From contig JAQBQW010000019.1 of the NCBI GenBank assembly GCA_028286805.1, positions 1 through 48,323 on the forward strand: 48,323 bases of DNA. The letters are read 5' to 3'. This stretch comes from Parcubacteria group bacterium (GTDB lineage: Bacteria; Patescibacteriota; Minisyncoccia; Phycocordibacterales; Zambryskibacteraceae). This document shows, one piece after another, positions 1-10,610 of the stretch. How positions within the stretch are numbered: position 1 is the stretch's first letter; each line of letters opens with the position of its first letter. The notes under the pieces were generated by a model. The model was not told the DNA's origin and searched no databases. It saw only the letters and a program-made list of their open reading frames with translations. Made by a program: the position numbers and the translations under genes.

Positions 1-2103
1 TCCAAACATATTGTACTCATACACATTTCCGCTTCCATATATTCCAGCATTCTCTGCTCCCAAAATTGCACTGAATTGGCGCAAAGTATTACCTGTAGAA
101 ATATTATTTTTAAAAGTATTGTTGCTGATTTGCCCGCTCAAACTTTGGTCGGAACGCAGGCGGATACCGACGTAGTTTCCGTAGATAGTGTTGTTATAAA
201 ATACATCATTACTTGCTGCGTGGGAAATATATGCATCCACGGCTAATCCTGCGACAGAAGCCGATCCATCGACGTTATTGTAAGAGAGATTGCCGTAAAC
301 AGAAGCATTACTAGACTTCTCCACGAAAATACCGTGATATCTGTTTCCGTATATAGTGTTGTAACGAATAGTTGCTGAAGCTCCCCCGAGAATTTCAGCC
401 ACGGTGTCAATCCATATACCCGCACCGATAGCGTTACCCAAACTGGAATTAGCGGTACCGTTCGAATAAGATGTATTGTATTCAATTGTATGACGCCCGC
501 CATGAGGGCCATAAATTACAATTCCTCCCCCGAAGTTTTGAAGGTAATCCTGTGCGTTATGATGAGTAATATTGCGGGAAACCGTCCAGTTGGATCCGTA
601 GTCGTCTAAACTGATTCCGCGGTGCCCATTGTAGGTGGAAGTATTGAGTGTTACCAAGGCGTTATCCGACGCAGCCGTTCCATTCACTCCACCCGCAATT
701 CCACCGTCATAATTATATGAAGTGTTATTACGCTGGATGATGGCATTATCTGAATCAGCCCACAGGAAAATCCCTATAATAGCAGCGTAACTTACATCAA
801 TGTCCTGAACAGTAATATAGCTCTTGCTACTAATAAACATGCCGTACGACCGAACACTAGCTTCCTCGCTATTCCATAATGTATCTGGATCAAATCCAGA
901 AGTTGTCCCTCCGCTATTTACATACGCATTGACACCATCGGTGAACCAATCATAGGTATTTACGGCAGCTGCATCGTTGGCAACCAATCTTCCAACATGA
1001 GGAGTTCCCCCGCTGTCTACAAACCACATCCCAACTGGAGTTGCGGAATAAGTTGCTTTCCAAGTGTTTCCTGTACTTCCAGCATTTGGGTAATCAGTCG
1101 AACTTATTTTTAGAGCATCGAGATACGCAGTAAGGGTAAAAGCATCCAAGGCAAGACTTCCGAGCCTGATATTACGAATGCCGTTCGAGGCTGCGGCGGT
1201 GAGAGAACCGGATTGAATAGAAGTGCCGTCCAATTTCCATTCCCATTGCATATTAGTTTTATCGTATTTGATTTCTATTTTATACCAAGTATTTAAATTA
1301 ACATTCCCCGATGCGGTTCCAGTGGTCGAGATACCGCCGGTGTAACGTGCCGGGACAAAATGGTATGTGCCGTCAGCGTTTTGTCTAAAGTTCAGGTCTA
1401 TGACGTGGTTACCCGCCGTATCTGTCGCATGAAAAAGTGTGAGCTGTTGGGAGTTCCCTAGTCCCTCTGCGGTAACATAAGCGTAAAATTGGGTGTAAGA
1501 AATCGGTTTATCAGCTCCAAGATCTTTAGTAGCCCAAGCCGCCCAGTTCGGGGAAACCTTTTGTATTTTAAGGATTTGACTTGACCCTCCCGCGGAGTCA
1601 GCGATGGCCGTGCTGTCTTCATCAAGCGTACTGCCTGCTCCAACCGTTTCTGTAAATGTTGGGCTGTCATATCCTGTGGCATTAAAACTTTCATCTAAAA
1701 GATCCGCTGAAACTGCTGGGACAGTATTATTAGTCCAGGTTGAGACAGCGGCTGACCCAAGAATTTTCGGATTCGCCCCCGTCCCATAAGCCCCAAAGGT
1801 AATAGGACTGCCGGCGGTGCCAGAGGAAGGAACGGTGAGTTGTTCCCTCCAGGTATCACCTTTGTTAAAGAGAATTGAATCTCCGGGATTAAAGGAGTAA
1901 GTATTTACCTTGGCAATAGTCTTCCAGGAACATGAGCCTGAGGTGCCGATGGTTTGAGAGGTGCCATCACATGAATCATTGCCGGCATTGGCCACGTAGT
2001 AGGTAGCGGCGGAAGCTTGGGTGATATGGAATGAGAGTATAAAGTTCAAGACTCCAAATACAAACAAGACCGATAACATCTTGGTAACCCAGGTTATTTT
2101 CAT
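1..2103 (-). CDS. Secreted right-handed parallel beta-helix (pectin-lyase-fold) protein, partial (runs off window start)
   Basis: Not in the ORF track because no stop is in the window. Manual translation from ATG 2103 gives signal peptide MKITWVTKMLSVLFVFGVLNFILSFHITQASA, then TYYVANAGNDSCDG...WKTIAKVN..FNPGDSILFNKGDTWREQLTVPSSGTAGSPITFGAYGTGANPKI, a typical beta-helix N-cap, and later Asn-rich repeats. Confidence 0.8.
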   Translation of the reverse strand, partial: MKITWVTKMLSVLFVFGVLNFILSFHITQASAATYYVANAGNDSCDGTSQTIGTSGSCSWKTIAKVNTYSFNPGDSILFNKGDTWREQLTVPSSGTAGSPITFGAYGTGANPKILGSAAVSTWTNNTVPAVSADLLDESFNATGYDSPTFTETVGAGSTLDEDSTAIADSAGGSSQILKIQKVSPNWAAWATKDLGADKPISYTQFYAYVTAEGLGNSQQLTLFHATDTAGNHVIDLNFRQNADGTYHFVPARYTGGISTTGTASGNVNLNTWYKIEIKYDKTNMQWEWKLDGTSIQSGSLTAAASNGIRNIRLGSLALDAFTLTAYLDALKISSTDYPNAGSTGNTWKATYSATPVGMWFVDSGGTPHVGRLVANDAAAVNTYDWFTDGVNAYVNSGGTTSGFDPDTLWNSEEASVRSYGMFISSKSYITVQDIDVSYAAIIGIFLWADSDNAIIQRNNTSYNYDGGIAGGVNGTAASDNALVTLNTSTYNGHRGISLDDYGSNWTVSRNITHHNAQDYLQNFGGGIVIYGPHGGRHTIEYNTSYSNGTANSSLGNAIGAGIWIDTVAEILGGASATIRYNTIYGNRYHGIFVEKSSNASVYGNLSYNNVDGSASVAGLAVDAYISHAASNDVFYNNTIYGNYVGIRLRSDQSLSGQISNNTFKNNISTGNTLRQFSAILGAENAGIYGSGNVYEYNMFG

Positions 2104-2150
2104 ACAAATATCATAACACTAAATAAAAACATTTCTGCAACTATTAAGCA

Positions 2151-2172
2151 AAAATCCGCCTTTTGAGCGGAT
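2151..2172 (-). terminator. Putative intrinsic terminator after rpmG
   Basis: Hairpin ATCCGC-cttttga-GCGGAT with an A-run on its left (U-tail on the minus strand). Confidence 0.55.
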
Positions 2173-2179
2173 CCTTTCT

Positions 2180-2353
2180 TTATTTCTTTTCCTTATAAAT
2201 CGTATGGGTCTTTGAGATCGGGTTGTATTTCTTTACCTCGATTTTTCGTTCTACAGACTTCTTATTGCGGCGTGTGTAATACGTATGGCCCTTTCCGAGG
2301 CCGTTTTTGTCTCCTTGGGAGACGATCTTAATGACGTGATCTTGTACTGACAT
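2180..2353 (-). CDS. rpmG: 50S ribosomal protein L33 (57 aa)
   Basis: Manual translation MSVQDHVIKIVSQGDKNGLGKGHTYYTRRNKKSVERKIEVKKYNPISKTHTIYKEKK carries L33 motifs (Y.T.KN, KKY.P....H..Y.E). It is below the ORF-track size cutoff. Confidence 0.9.
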   Translation of the reverse strand: MSVQDHVIKIVSQGDKNGLGKGHTYYTRRNKKSVERKIEVKKYNPISKTHTIYKEKK

Positions 2354-2530
2354 AGGCGTATAGATTAACCTATTCTATAGATTTTGCAAGTCTTTCACTC
2401 CTCCATCTTCGTTCGTGTTTTTTATTAATCTTTGAACAAACCGGAACATAGCACTGAGTATTATACAAGATTCAAAGAGTTGGCTGTAATTTTCCCTTAT
2501 TTTATATAAAAAATATAGTATACTTATTTT

Positions 2531-3397
2531 ATGTCCGCTCTATCTCATGTGTTCTTTGGTCCAATTATTAAAAGTGTTGCAACAGTTCTTATGAGCTTTG
2601 GCGCCACAGTTTCGACAACACCCACAACAGAAATTTCTCCCGTTATCCCAGCAACATCACTCCAAGATACGGTATCAAGCTTACATGATCAAATCACCAC
2701 CTTACGAACAAGCATGGAGAAGTCACGCTTGAAAAATCTTCTTCAGCAAAATTTAACTTCTGTAGCGTCAATAAAACAAACTCAAATAATGTTAATAGAT
2801 TTAGGATATCTTTCTAAAAACATTAGTTTTGGGTACTATGGTCCGTTGACCAAAAAAGCTATTCAAGATTTTCAAATACAAAATAACCTACCAAAAACAG
2901 GAACAACTGATGATTCTACAATAAATAAACTCATCGAAGATTTTATTGCAAAAGAAAATATTTCAAATATCTATTTTCCAGAAGAAAATACTCTTTCTTC
3001 AATAGCTAATTCAACGACATCTGCGAGTGAGACAAGCATAGAGCAGGATACAACTGCCACTCAAGACAACATACCTCCTGACCCGTTTGTAAATGAACCC
3101 ACGCCTATATACGATTGTCCTGATACTATAACCTCGCAGGCTCCAGCAACTTCCACCCCCTCTTCTCCCTCGCAAACAAGCACCACCACAACGATTCTTA
3201 ATTCTATTCCAAAAATGATTCAACCTCCGAAAAACGCAACATCACAAGCAGTTCCAGTTCTAAAGACAATCTTACGTTCTAGTATTCCAACAGCGCCAAT
3301 TGTTGTTCCGCCTTCCACTAGCAGCCGGACCACAAATACAGTTTCTGTGCCTACCTCTCAGCTTATGAACCAAAACATAGAGGGCAGTAGGAAATGA
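2531..3397 (+). CDS. Peptidoglycan-binding domain protein with Ser/Thr/Pro-rich tail
   Basis: QIMLIDLGYL...GYYGPLTKKAIQDFQIQNNLPKTGTTD matches PG_binding_1; the C-terminus is low-complexity. Confidence 0.75.
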   Translation: MSALSHVFFGPIIKSVATVLMSFGATVSTTPTTEISPVIPATSLQDTVSSLHDQITTLRTSMEKSRLKNLLQQNLTSVASIKQTQIMLIDLGYLSKNISFGYYGPLTKKAIQDFQIQNNLPKTGTTDDSTINKLIEDFIAKENISNIYFPEENTLSSIANSTTSASETSIEQDTTATQDNIPPDPFVNEPTPIYDCPDTITSQAPATSTPSSPSQTSTTTTILNSIPKMIQPPKNATSQAVPVLKTILRSSIPTAPIVVPPSTSSRTTNTVSVPTSQLMNQNIEGSRK

Positions 3398-3449
3398 TAG
3401 AACCAAAAGAGCCTAAACAATAAGGCTCAATTTAGATAAAAACAAAGTG

Positions 3450-3532
3450 TGCGCCGGGTTGGATTCGAACCAACGAAGCCCGAAGGCGACAGATTTACAG
3501 TCTGTTGTGATAGACCACTCCACCACCGACGC
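3450..3532 (-). tRNA. tRNA-Tyr(GTA)
   Basis: GCGTCGG/CCGGCGC acceptor stem, ACAGA-CTGTAAA-TCTGT anticodon arm, long variable arm, GGTTCGAATCC T-arm. Confidence 0.95.
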
Positions 3533-3573
3533 AATACGGCTTATTGTATAGAAATTTCATGGACAGTCAATTT

Positions 3574-3602
3574 ATAAAAAATGCCGGACAAAATCCGGCA
3601 TT
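3574..3602 (-). terminator. Intrinsic terminator after clpB
   Basis: AATGCCGGA-caaaa-TCCGGCATT stem with an adjacent A-run. Confidence 0.7.
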
Positions 3603-3625
3603 ATCATTTATAGTGAATATATTTT

Positions 3626-6304
3626 TTACTTTGTCTTAGTTTCCTTCTTTGAAGAGATCGCCGACACTCTACCGGATCGTCTTCCCCTCACCACTTCGAA
3701 TGTCAGCTCAGACCCTCTGCGGTCCACCATTACAACCCCGCCCGAGAGAACCTTGCTGCCGATCATCATGGTCGCCACCGGATTCAACACCTTTGTCTGA
3801 ATGAGCCGTTTCAATGGACGCGCACCAAATTCTGGACTGTATCCTTCTTCTGCCAACAGATCCATAACGGAATCGGAAATGACAAGTTCGATTTCCTTGT
3901 CTGCAAGACGTTTCTTGATTTCTTCAACTTGGATGGCCACAATTGATTTAATCACATCTTTAGGAAGCACATCGAACACAACGATCTCGTCGAGTCGGTT
4001 CAAGAATTCCGGACGGAATTGATTTTTGAGTGCTCCCAAAAGCTTGTCTTTAATATGCGAGTATTCAGCTGCCCCTTCTCCCTTAGAGAATCCAATGGCT
4101 TCCATGCGGTCTATGTATTCGGCTCCAACATTCGAGGTCATAATAATGACGGTATTTCTGAAGTTGATGACGCGGCCTTTGGTATCGGTCAACCGGCCGT
4201 TATCAAGAACTTGAAGAAGAATGTTGAACACTTCGGGGTGGGCTTTTTCAATTTCGTCGAACAAGACAACGGAATATGGACGATGGCGGATGGTTTCGGT
4301 GAATGTAGAGGAATCTTCGAATCCAACGTATCCAGGAGGTGCACCGATGAGTTTCGAGACGCTGTGTCGTTCCATGAATTCAGACATGTCTACTCGGATC
4401 AATGCTTTGTCATCGTTGAACATGAATTCAGCCAAAGCTTTGGTTAACTCAGTTTTACCCACTCCCGTTGGTCCGAGGAACATAAACGAACCGATGGGGC
4501 GATTGGGATCGGAAATACCGGCACGGGCTCGTTTAATGGTATCCGCAATCTTTTTCACCGCTTCATCCTGCCCAACAATTCTTTCTTTCAACACTTCTTC
4601 CATACGACCAAGCTTCTCAGCTTCTTCTTCAAGCATTCTGGAGACCGGGATTCCGGTCCATCGTGAGACAATATCCGCAATGTCGGATTCGGTAATTTCT
4701 TCTTTCAGTATTCGTCGGGAACTCTGCAGTTTCTTTAATTTTTTGGATTTAATTTCATATTCCTTTTCAAGCGAAGGAATTTTTCCGTAACGGAGTTCGG
4801 CGGCCCGCGCAAGATCCGCAGCAGCTTCCACCGCTTCGGCTTCAAGACGGAGAGTTTCAAGATTTTTCTTGATCTCCTTCATTTCAGAAACGGTTTCTTT
4901 TTCATTCTTCCATTTCAATTCAATTTCCGAAGTTTTTTCTTTCAGATCTGCAATGTCTAGATCTATATCCTTGATACGGGCTTTGGCTTTCAGATTTTTA
5001 ACTTCTTTTTTCAAAGCTTCCTTTTCGATCTCGAGCTTCATAATCTTAGACTGGGATTCCTGCAATACCGGAGGCATGTTTTCCAAAGAAATCTTCAGGA
5101 AAGAAGATGCTTCATCTATAAGGTCCACTGCTTTGTCCGGAAGGAAACGGTCTGTAATGTATCTCGAAGAGAGATTTACCGCTGCGCGAATTGCGTCGTC
5201 AGTGATATGAACGCCGTGATACAGCTCGTATCGCTCTTTCAAACCTCTGAGGATGGTCATAGCATCTTCGAGAGAAGGTTCATTCACGTGTACTGGTTGG
5301 AATCGACGAGTTAAAGCTGGATCCTTTTCAATATACTTCTGGTATTCCCGAATGGTGGTTGCGCCGATAGCTCGAAGCTCCCCGCGGGACAATGCCGGTT
5401 TCAGCATATTCGATGCATCCATGGCACCTTCAGCCGCACCGGCACCGACAATGGTGTGGATTTCGTCGATGAACAAGACAACCTTCCCTTCGGATTTTTC
5501 TATTTCTTTTAAAATGTTTTTTAATCGTTCTTCGAATTCACCGCGGTATTTGGTACCGGCTATCAGGAGGCCGAGGTCGAGAGAAACCAATTCCTTGTCT
5601 TTCAATGATTCAGGTACGTTTCCATTGGCCATGCGAATGGCTAATCCTTCGGCAATGGCTGTTTTACCAACTCCGGCTTCTCCGATAAGAATCGGATTAT
5701 TTTTAGTTCGGCGGGAAAGAATTTGAACGATACGGGAAATTTCCTGGTCTCGCCCAATAACCGGATCAAGCTTGTTTGCCTTGGCGAGTTTGGTGAGGTT
5801 GCGCGTATACTTCGAAAGATTCTTGAATTTCTTTTCAGCTTTAGGAGATTCGCTGGTGGATTTCTTTTGTTCTTCGACCATTTCAATCACCGCTTCCCTC
5901 TTGATTTTAAATTTTAGAAGCAGATCTCTGGCTTCGCCCGCAACATCAAGAACTGAAATAAACAAATGTTCAGTTGAAACGAATTCATCTCCGAGAGATT
6001 CTGCAATCTTTGAAGAAAGCTCGATTGTATTTGCCAGTTCGGGGGTAAGGTAAATCTGGTACGAAGGCGCGAGCGTTTGTGCGTTTTCAGGGTTCTCAAT
6101 TAAATCGAGAACGGTATCGGTTAAAAGAATGGTATCAACTTCCATTTTCTCGAGTAGCGAAACGACGATACTTTCATCTTGTATAAGAAGGGCGGCCAAG
6201 AGATGCAGCGGATTGACGTGATTTTGTCCGCGTTCAATAGCCAGCTCGTGAGCCTTGTGAATGACTTCTTTGGCTTTGGTGGTGAATCTTCCAAATGGCT
6301 GCAT
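3626..6304 (-). CDS. clpB: ATP-dependent chaperone ClpB (Hsp100)
   Basis: Two AAA+ modules ([16 protein letters not shown]), Clp N-domain and a long coiled-coil middle domain ([10 protein letters not shown]). Confidence 0.93.
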   Translation of the reverse strand: MQPFGRFTTKAKEVIHKAHELAIERGQNHVNPLHLLAALLIQDESIVVSLLEKMEVDTILLTDTVLDLIENPENAQTLAPSYQIYLTPELANTIELSSKIAESLGDEFVSTEHLFISVLDVAGEARDLLLKFKIKREAVIEMVEEQKKSTSESPKAEKKFKNLSKYTRNLTKLAKANKLDPVIGRDQEISRIVQILSRRTKNNPILIGEAGVGKTAIAEGLAIRMANGNVPESLKDKELVSLDLGLLIAGTKYRGEFEERLKNILKEIEKSEGKVVLFIDEIHTIVGAGAAEGAMDASNMLKPALSRGELRAIGATTIREYQKYIEKDPALTRRFQPVHVNEPSLEDAMTILRGLKERYELYHGVHITDDAIRAAVNLSSRYITDRFLPDKAVDLIDEASSFLKISLENMPPVLQESQSKIMKLEIEKEALKKEVKNLKAKARIKDIDLDIADLKEKTSEIELKWKNEKETVSEMKEIKKNLETLRLEAEAVEAAADLARAAELRYGKIPSLEKEYEIKSKKLKKLQSSRRILKEEITESDIADIVSRWTGIPVSRMLEEEAEKLGRMEEVLKERIVGQDEAVKKIADTIKRARAGISDPNRPIGSFMFLGPTGVGKTELTKALAEFMFNDDKALIRVDMSEFMERHSVSKLIGAPPGYVGFEDSSTFTETIRHRPYSVVLFDEIEKAHPEVFNILLQVLDNGRLTDTKGRVINFRNTVIIMTSNVGAEYIDRMEAIGFSKGEGAAEYSHIKDKLLGALKNQFRPEFLNRLDEIVVFDVLPKDVIKSIVAIQVEEIKKRLADKEIELVISDSVMDLLAEEGYSPEFGARPLKRLIQTKVLNPVATMMIGSKVLSGGVVMVDRRGSELTFEVVRGRRSGRVSAISSKKETKTK

Positions 6305-6332
6305 GGGTGAAGGGATTATGATCGAATAATGG

Positions 6333-7127
6333 TTACTGTGCTTGAGAAATTATTTTTTTGATTGCAGTGAGGGTGGTATAGGATCCTGCGGAAAGGGTGA
6401 GATCGTCGTTTGAAGTTTTAAGTCCTACTAAGTCTCCGGAAAGATTGATGAGGGGCGCTCCGGCTGTTTCAGCTGTTGAAGGAATGTCTGTCAGTACCGT
6501 ACCTGTTCCTACGCTGACCACGTGGCCAATGTAAATGGCATTTTTATCTTTTCCTCCGATGGAGATTACGGTTTGCCCTAGCCTCAAGTCGCCTGAAGAC
6601 AAACCGATGGGAGTAAAGTCTTTGTGCGTCGCATCAGTTTGGAGCGCAAGCACAACGAGGTTGTCCGTATCGCTTTTATAAATGATACGGGTTCGAACTG
6701 TTGAACCGTCGGCAAGGGTAGCAGTGTAGAATGTCAGATCAGTTGAGATGTCTCGCTTGTCCGTTACTACTAACCCCGATTTCGACACGATAATGCCGAT
6801 GGCATATAGATTGGCGGCCCCCGTTGTATTCGCTTCTTGTAATCTGACAACCGATGGAGAAGCCTTTGCAATTGAACCGGTGACCGCGTCTTCGTCTGAC
6901 ACTACCGTTACTTCTTTTACCGTGGTTACTCCACCTTTAACGGTTGGGGCGGGCGTAACTTTCTCGATTGTGTGCTCCACCACGCGGTTAATGGTCTGAG
7001 TGATGCTTGCCGGAGCTTCCGCGAGCAATGAGGTGGTAATGATTCCGGTAGCAATTGAAGTGACGAAGCTGACAAGAAGGGTCAGAAGGATAATCTGTGT
7101 TTTTGTAAGGTCTTCCATCGTTGTCAT
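6333..7127 (-). CDS. Membrane-anchored trypsin-like (HtrA/S1C-like) domain protein, catalytically degenerate
   Basis: N-terminal TM helix, [43 protein letters not shown]; no PDZ domain. Confidence 0.75.
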   Translation of the reverse strand: MTTMEDLTKTQIILLTLLVSFVTSIATGIITTSLLAEAPASITQTINRVVEHTIEKVTPAPTVKGGVTTVKEVTVVSDEDAVTGSIAKASPSVVRLQEANTTGAANLYAIGIIVSKSGLVVTDKRDISTDLTFYTATLADGSTVRTRIIYKSDTDNLVVLALQTDATHKDFTPIGLSSGDLRLGQTVISIGGKDKNAIYIGHVVSVGTGTVLTDIPSTAETAGAPLINLSGDLVGLKTSNDDLTLSAGSYTTLTAIKKIISQAQ

Positions 7128-7131
7128 GGGG

Positions 7132-8190
7132 CTATTCTAGCATTATTTTTTGGAGAATTCGAGCGGCAAATTTTACGTCAGAAATTGTCGTTTCCTGACC
7201 GAAAGAAAAACGCAATGCCTCTATTTCAGTACCGTCTCCGCGGAATTTGCACGAGCTTCCGGTCGAGACGGAAACTCCTTCGTGATCCAGCTGAATGGCT
7301 AAAAATTCATGGAGTTTCCCTTCGAATGATACGCTGACGATATGAGGAGAAGAATGTTCGGGAGTGTTGATGGTGATTCCTGGAATCTTTTCTGCTTCTT
7401 TAATAAATGCGCTCTGTATCTGCTGAAGCCTCTCGAATTCATTAGTTCTGCCGAATTCGGCAGATTCGAGTGCGGAGACCAATTCTAAAATGGTCTCTAC
7501 GTTTTCCGTTCCGGGACGAATGCCTCGCTCCTGTCCCCCGCCAAATAAAACTGGAGAAATCTTTACATGGGGACGAAAGGCTAAAACCCCCGCACCTTTT
7601 GTTAAACTGATCTTTGAACCTCCGAAAGTAAGGAGATCCACGCCCAGACTAGAGAATTGGATCGGCAACATTCCAATGGCCTGGCTCGCATCCGAATGGA
7701 AATACGGATACGTTGAGTTATTCTTTTTTCTCCATTCATTGATCCGCCGAGCAATCTTTGAAATTGGCTGAATTGCTCCGGTTTTGTTGTTCACATACAT
7801 GACAGAAACCAAGATCGTGTTTTCTTTGAGAGCGCTCATCACGTCTTCCACTTGAACAACGCCGTCCACCGCTTCCACTACCGTCACCTCTCCGCCCCGT
7901 CTCTTGATTTCCTCGGCACATTTTAAGATTGCTGGGTGTTCGATTGATGTTGTAACAATGTGCGCATTCGGCACGTCTTGGACTATGCCGAGGAGTGCGA
8001 GATTATCCGCTTCGGTTCCGCCAGAGGTGAAAACAACATCTCGGGCTTGAACTTGCATCAATCGGGCGGCTCGAAGACGAGCCTCCTCGAGCCTTTTTTT
8101 TGCTTCCACTCCTTCTTTGTATATTGCCGAAGGGTTGTTCTTGCCGGCTGCATAGTCTAAGAAGACTCGTTTCTTATGAAATAAACCCAT
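7132..8190 (-). CDS. Cysteine desulfurase (NifS/IscS family, class V aminotransferase)
   Basis: FTSGGTEADN, IEHPA, HSDASQ, PLP lysine in FGGSKI, GGGQERGIRPGTEN, catalytic Cys in STGSSC. Confidence 0.88.
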   Translation of the reverse strand: MGLFHKKRVFLDYAAGKNNPSAIYKEGVEAKKRLEEARLRAARLMQVQARDVVFTSGGTEADNLALLGIVQDVPNAHIVTTSIEHPAILKCAEEIKRRGGEVTVVEAVDGVVQVEDVMSALKENTILVSVMYVNNKTGAIQPISKIARRINEWRKKNNSTYPYFHSDASQAIGMLPIQFSSLGVDLLTFGGSKISLTKGAGVLAFRPHVKISPVLFGGGQERGIRPGTENVETILELVSALESAEFGRTNEFERLQQIQSAFIKEAEKIPGITINTPEHSSPHIVSVSFEGKLHEFLAIQLDHEGVSVSTGSSCKFRGDGTEIEALRFSFGQETTISDVKFAARILQKIMLE

Positions 8191-8239
8191 CTCTTCATTC
8201 TAGTACAGAGGGCTCTCATGTGCTATTCTGAGGCCCTCT

Positions 8240-9742
8240 ATGAGCACTTCCAAGGATATCGGCAATCTTCGAGCCCCTGTGGTAGCCATTATGGGTCACA
8301 TAGACCATGGCAAGTCCACGCTTCTCGATTACATACGCAAATCAAATGTCACCGCCGGTGAAGCGGGTGGTATTACCCAGCACGTCACCGCATATGAAGT
8401 GGTTCACACCAGCTCGGAAGGAAACGTGGGCAAAATCACTTTTCTCGATACTCCGGGACACGAAGCATTCCAGGGAATTCGCGCCAGAGGAGCCGTTGTT
8501 GCGGATATCGCCATTCTCGTGGTGTCGGCTGAAGACGGAGTTAAACCCCAAACACTCGAGGCATACAAGCACATTAAAGAATGCAACGTTCCCTTCATCG
8601 TTGCCATAACGAAGATTGATAAAGCGGGAGCTTCGGTGGATCGAGCAAAACAAAGTTTGGCTGAAAACGATATATTCGTTGAAGGATACGGAGGAAACAT
8701 TCCCGTTGTTGCACTTTCTGCCAAAACAGGAGAAGGCGTAAACGACCTGTTGGACATGATCATGCTCGTATCGGAACTCGAATCTTTTAACGGACACCCG
8801 GAACGATTGGGTACGGGAATTATTATCGAAAGCAGGCTCGATCCTAAAAAAGGAATCACTGCCGTTGGAATCATTAAAGACGGAACGGTGAAGAAGGGTT
8901 TGATTGCAGCATCCGTCGGAGCCACTGCTCCCCTTCGCTTCATTCTAGACTCCGAAGGAAACCAAGTGGACGAACTTTCGTTCTCGAGCCCGATTCAACT
9001 CGTTGGCTGGGACAATCTTCCTCCCGTCGGAGCAGTCTTTGAAATCTTTGAAGACAAGAAAGCCGCCACCTTGTATGCAGACAGCGAAGCGATCAAATCC
9101 AAGCACAATCCTCTGGATGCAAAGATTGATGAAAACATTTCAATCTTGCCTATTATCATCAAGGCAGATACAGCGGGAAGTCTGGAAGCGCTTGTGTATG
9201 AGATCAAAAAACTTTCCAGAGAACGCATTGTTCCGAAAGTAGTATTACAGGGTATTGGCACCGTCAGTGAAAACGATATCAAATCTGCCATGACAACCGC
9301 CGGAACATACGTCTTTGCATTCCATACTAAAATCGATTCGCAGGCAGGAGCGCTCGCTGAACGATCCGGCATCGCCATTGAGTCTTATGACATCATCTAC
9401 AAACTGACCGAACGTATCGAAGAATTGCTCGAATCGGGCGAACCTAAAATTGAAGTGGAGGAAGTAAGCGGTTCGGCCAAGGTGTTGCGAATCTTCAGCA
9501 TTACCAAAGACAAGCACGTGCTTGGGGCCAGAGCTTTAACCGGTGTTGTGACAGCCGGAGGAAATTTGAGAATTCTCCGAAGAGATGAGGAAATAGGTCG
9601 GGCTAAAATTAAAGGATTGCAGCAAAACAAAGTGGAAACAGACCGAGTGAACGAAGGAAACGAATTCGGTGCTATGATCGAATCAAAGATTGAGATTGCG
9701 CCTGGAGATACGTTTGAAGAGATCACTAAAGTCACAAAATAA
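8240..9742 (+). CDS. infB: Translation initiation factor IF-2 (short form, no N-terminal domain)
   Basis: MGHIDHGKST, EAGGITQH, FLDTPGHEAF, TKID; followed by rbfA. Confidence 0.95.
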   Translation: MSTSKDIGNLRAPVVAIMGHIDHGKSTLLDYIRKSNVTAGEAGGITQHVTAYEVVHTSSEGNVGKITFLDTPGHEAFQGIRARGAVVADIAILVVSAEDGVKPQTLEAYKHIKECNVPFIVAITKIDKAGASVDRAKQSLAENDIFVEGYGGNIPVVALSAKTGEGVNDLLDMIMLVSELESFNGHPERLGTGIIIESRLDPKKGITAVGIIKDGTVKKGLIAASVGATAPLRFILDSEGNQVDELSFSSPIQLVGWDNLPPVGAVFEIFEDKKAATLYADSEAIKSKHNPLDAKIDENISILPIIIKADTAGSLEALVYEIKKLSRERIVPKVVLQGIGTVSENDIKSAMTTAGTYVFAFHTKIDSQAGALAERSGIAIESYDIIYKLTERIEELLESGEPKIEVEEVSGSAKVLRIFSITKDKHVLGARALTGVVTAGGNLRILRRDEEIGRAKIKGLQQNKVETDRVNEGNEFGAMIESKIEIAPGDTFEEITKVTK

Positions 9743-10080
9743 TGAAAGAAATTAAAAAAGACAAAATAGAGGAAATTCTCCGCCACCTGGCAGCTGAATT
9801 CATTGTACGTGAAGCCACTCCCGCTTCCCTTATCACCGTTACCCGGGTGGAACTTTCTGCAACAGTAAAAGTGGCCAATATCTATTTCACCACTCTTCCC
9901 GATTCCCAGCAGGAAACTGCGGAGAAATTCTTAACCCGCAAAGGTTCCGAGTTTATGACCTACGTTAAAAAACATTCGAAGATTGGCATCGTTCCCCACT
10001 TACGCTTCCAAATAGATTTCGGAGAGAGAAACCGCCAGAGATTGGATGAGATTACTGGTGGAATGGAACTGGATAAATAA
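9742..10080 (+). CDS. rbfA: Ribosome-binding factor A
   Basis: ITVTRVELS...VPHLRFQID motif, 112 aa, directly after infB. Confidence 0.88.
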   Translation: MKEIKKDKIEEILRHLAAEFIVREATPASLITVTRVELSATVKVANIYFTTLPDSQQETAEKFLTRKGSEFMTYVKKHSKIGIVPHLRFQIDFGERNRQRLDEITGGMELDK

Positions 10081-10101
10081 ACTGTGGTAATCTAGAACAT
10101 C

Positions 10102-10175
10102 GACCTAGTCGCCAAGTGGTAAGGCATAGCTCTGCAAAAGCTCCATCGGCGGTTCGATTCCGCCCTAGGTCTCCA
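10102..10175 (+). tRNA. tRNA-Cys(GCA)
   Basis: GACCTAG/CTAGGTC acceptor stem, CTGCAAA loop, U discriminator, encoded CCA. Confidence 0.95.
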
Positions 10176-10196
10176 GGAAGTCGAGAGACTTTCCAT

Positions 10197-10279
10197 GCCC
10201 GGGTGGTGGAATGGTATACACGGAGGACTTAAAATCCTCTGGTCGCAAGACCTTGTGGGTTCGAGTCCCACCCCGGGCA
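10197..10279 (+). tRNA. tRNA-Leu(TAA)
   Basis: GAGGA-CTTAAAA-TCCTC anticodon arm, long variable arm, TTCGAG T-loop. Confidence 0.95.
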
Positions 10280-10319
10280 CATTGAATAAAGAAGTTTTTT
10301 TAGCTATAGTTTTTGTTAC

Positions 10320-10392
10320 GCGCCCGTAGCTCAGTTGGTAGAGCAGCTCCCTCTTAAGGAGATGGTCGTAGGTTCGATTCCTACCGGGCGCA
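10320..10392 (+). tRNA. tRNA-Lys(CTT)
   Basis: GCGCCCG/CGGGCGC stem, AGCTCAGTTGGTAGAGC D-arm, CTCTTAA loop. Confidence 0.95.
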
Positions 10393-10426
10393 CAAATATT
10401 ATTTCTTGTGTTAGTATGCATCTCAT

Positions 10427-10507
10427 GCCGGGGTGGTGAAATGGTAGACACGCCAGTTTTAGGAACTGGTCCCGCAAGGGGTGGAGGTTCAAGTCCTCTC
10501 CCCGGCA
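10427..10507 (+). tRNA. tRNA-Leu(TAG)
   Basis: CCAGT-TTTAGGA-ACTGG anticodon arm, long variable arm. Confidence 0.95.
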
Positions 10508-10518
10508 CAAGTTATTTC

Positions 10519-10547
10519 TTGACTTTTTATGTTTTGTGTGATAATAT
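10519..10547 (+). promoter_or_regulatory. Sigma70-type promoter for the SPFH-like gene
   Basis: TTGACT-17 nt-TAATAT with a TG extension. Confidence 0.55.
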
Positions 10548-10610
10548 TTTAAAGGCTGCACCTTAACACTACTTTTTTGTTTCTTAAACTGCGCATTGCG
10601 CGGAGGATAT

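Noticed and set aside
2459..2472. ATTATACAAGATT as a fourth copy of the junction repeat
   Set aside because: Only 12/13 nt around the generic TGTATAAT promoter core match and the GGAAC and CCT arms are missing. It does keep a promoter-only explanation of the repeat possible.
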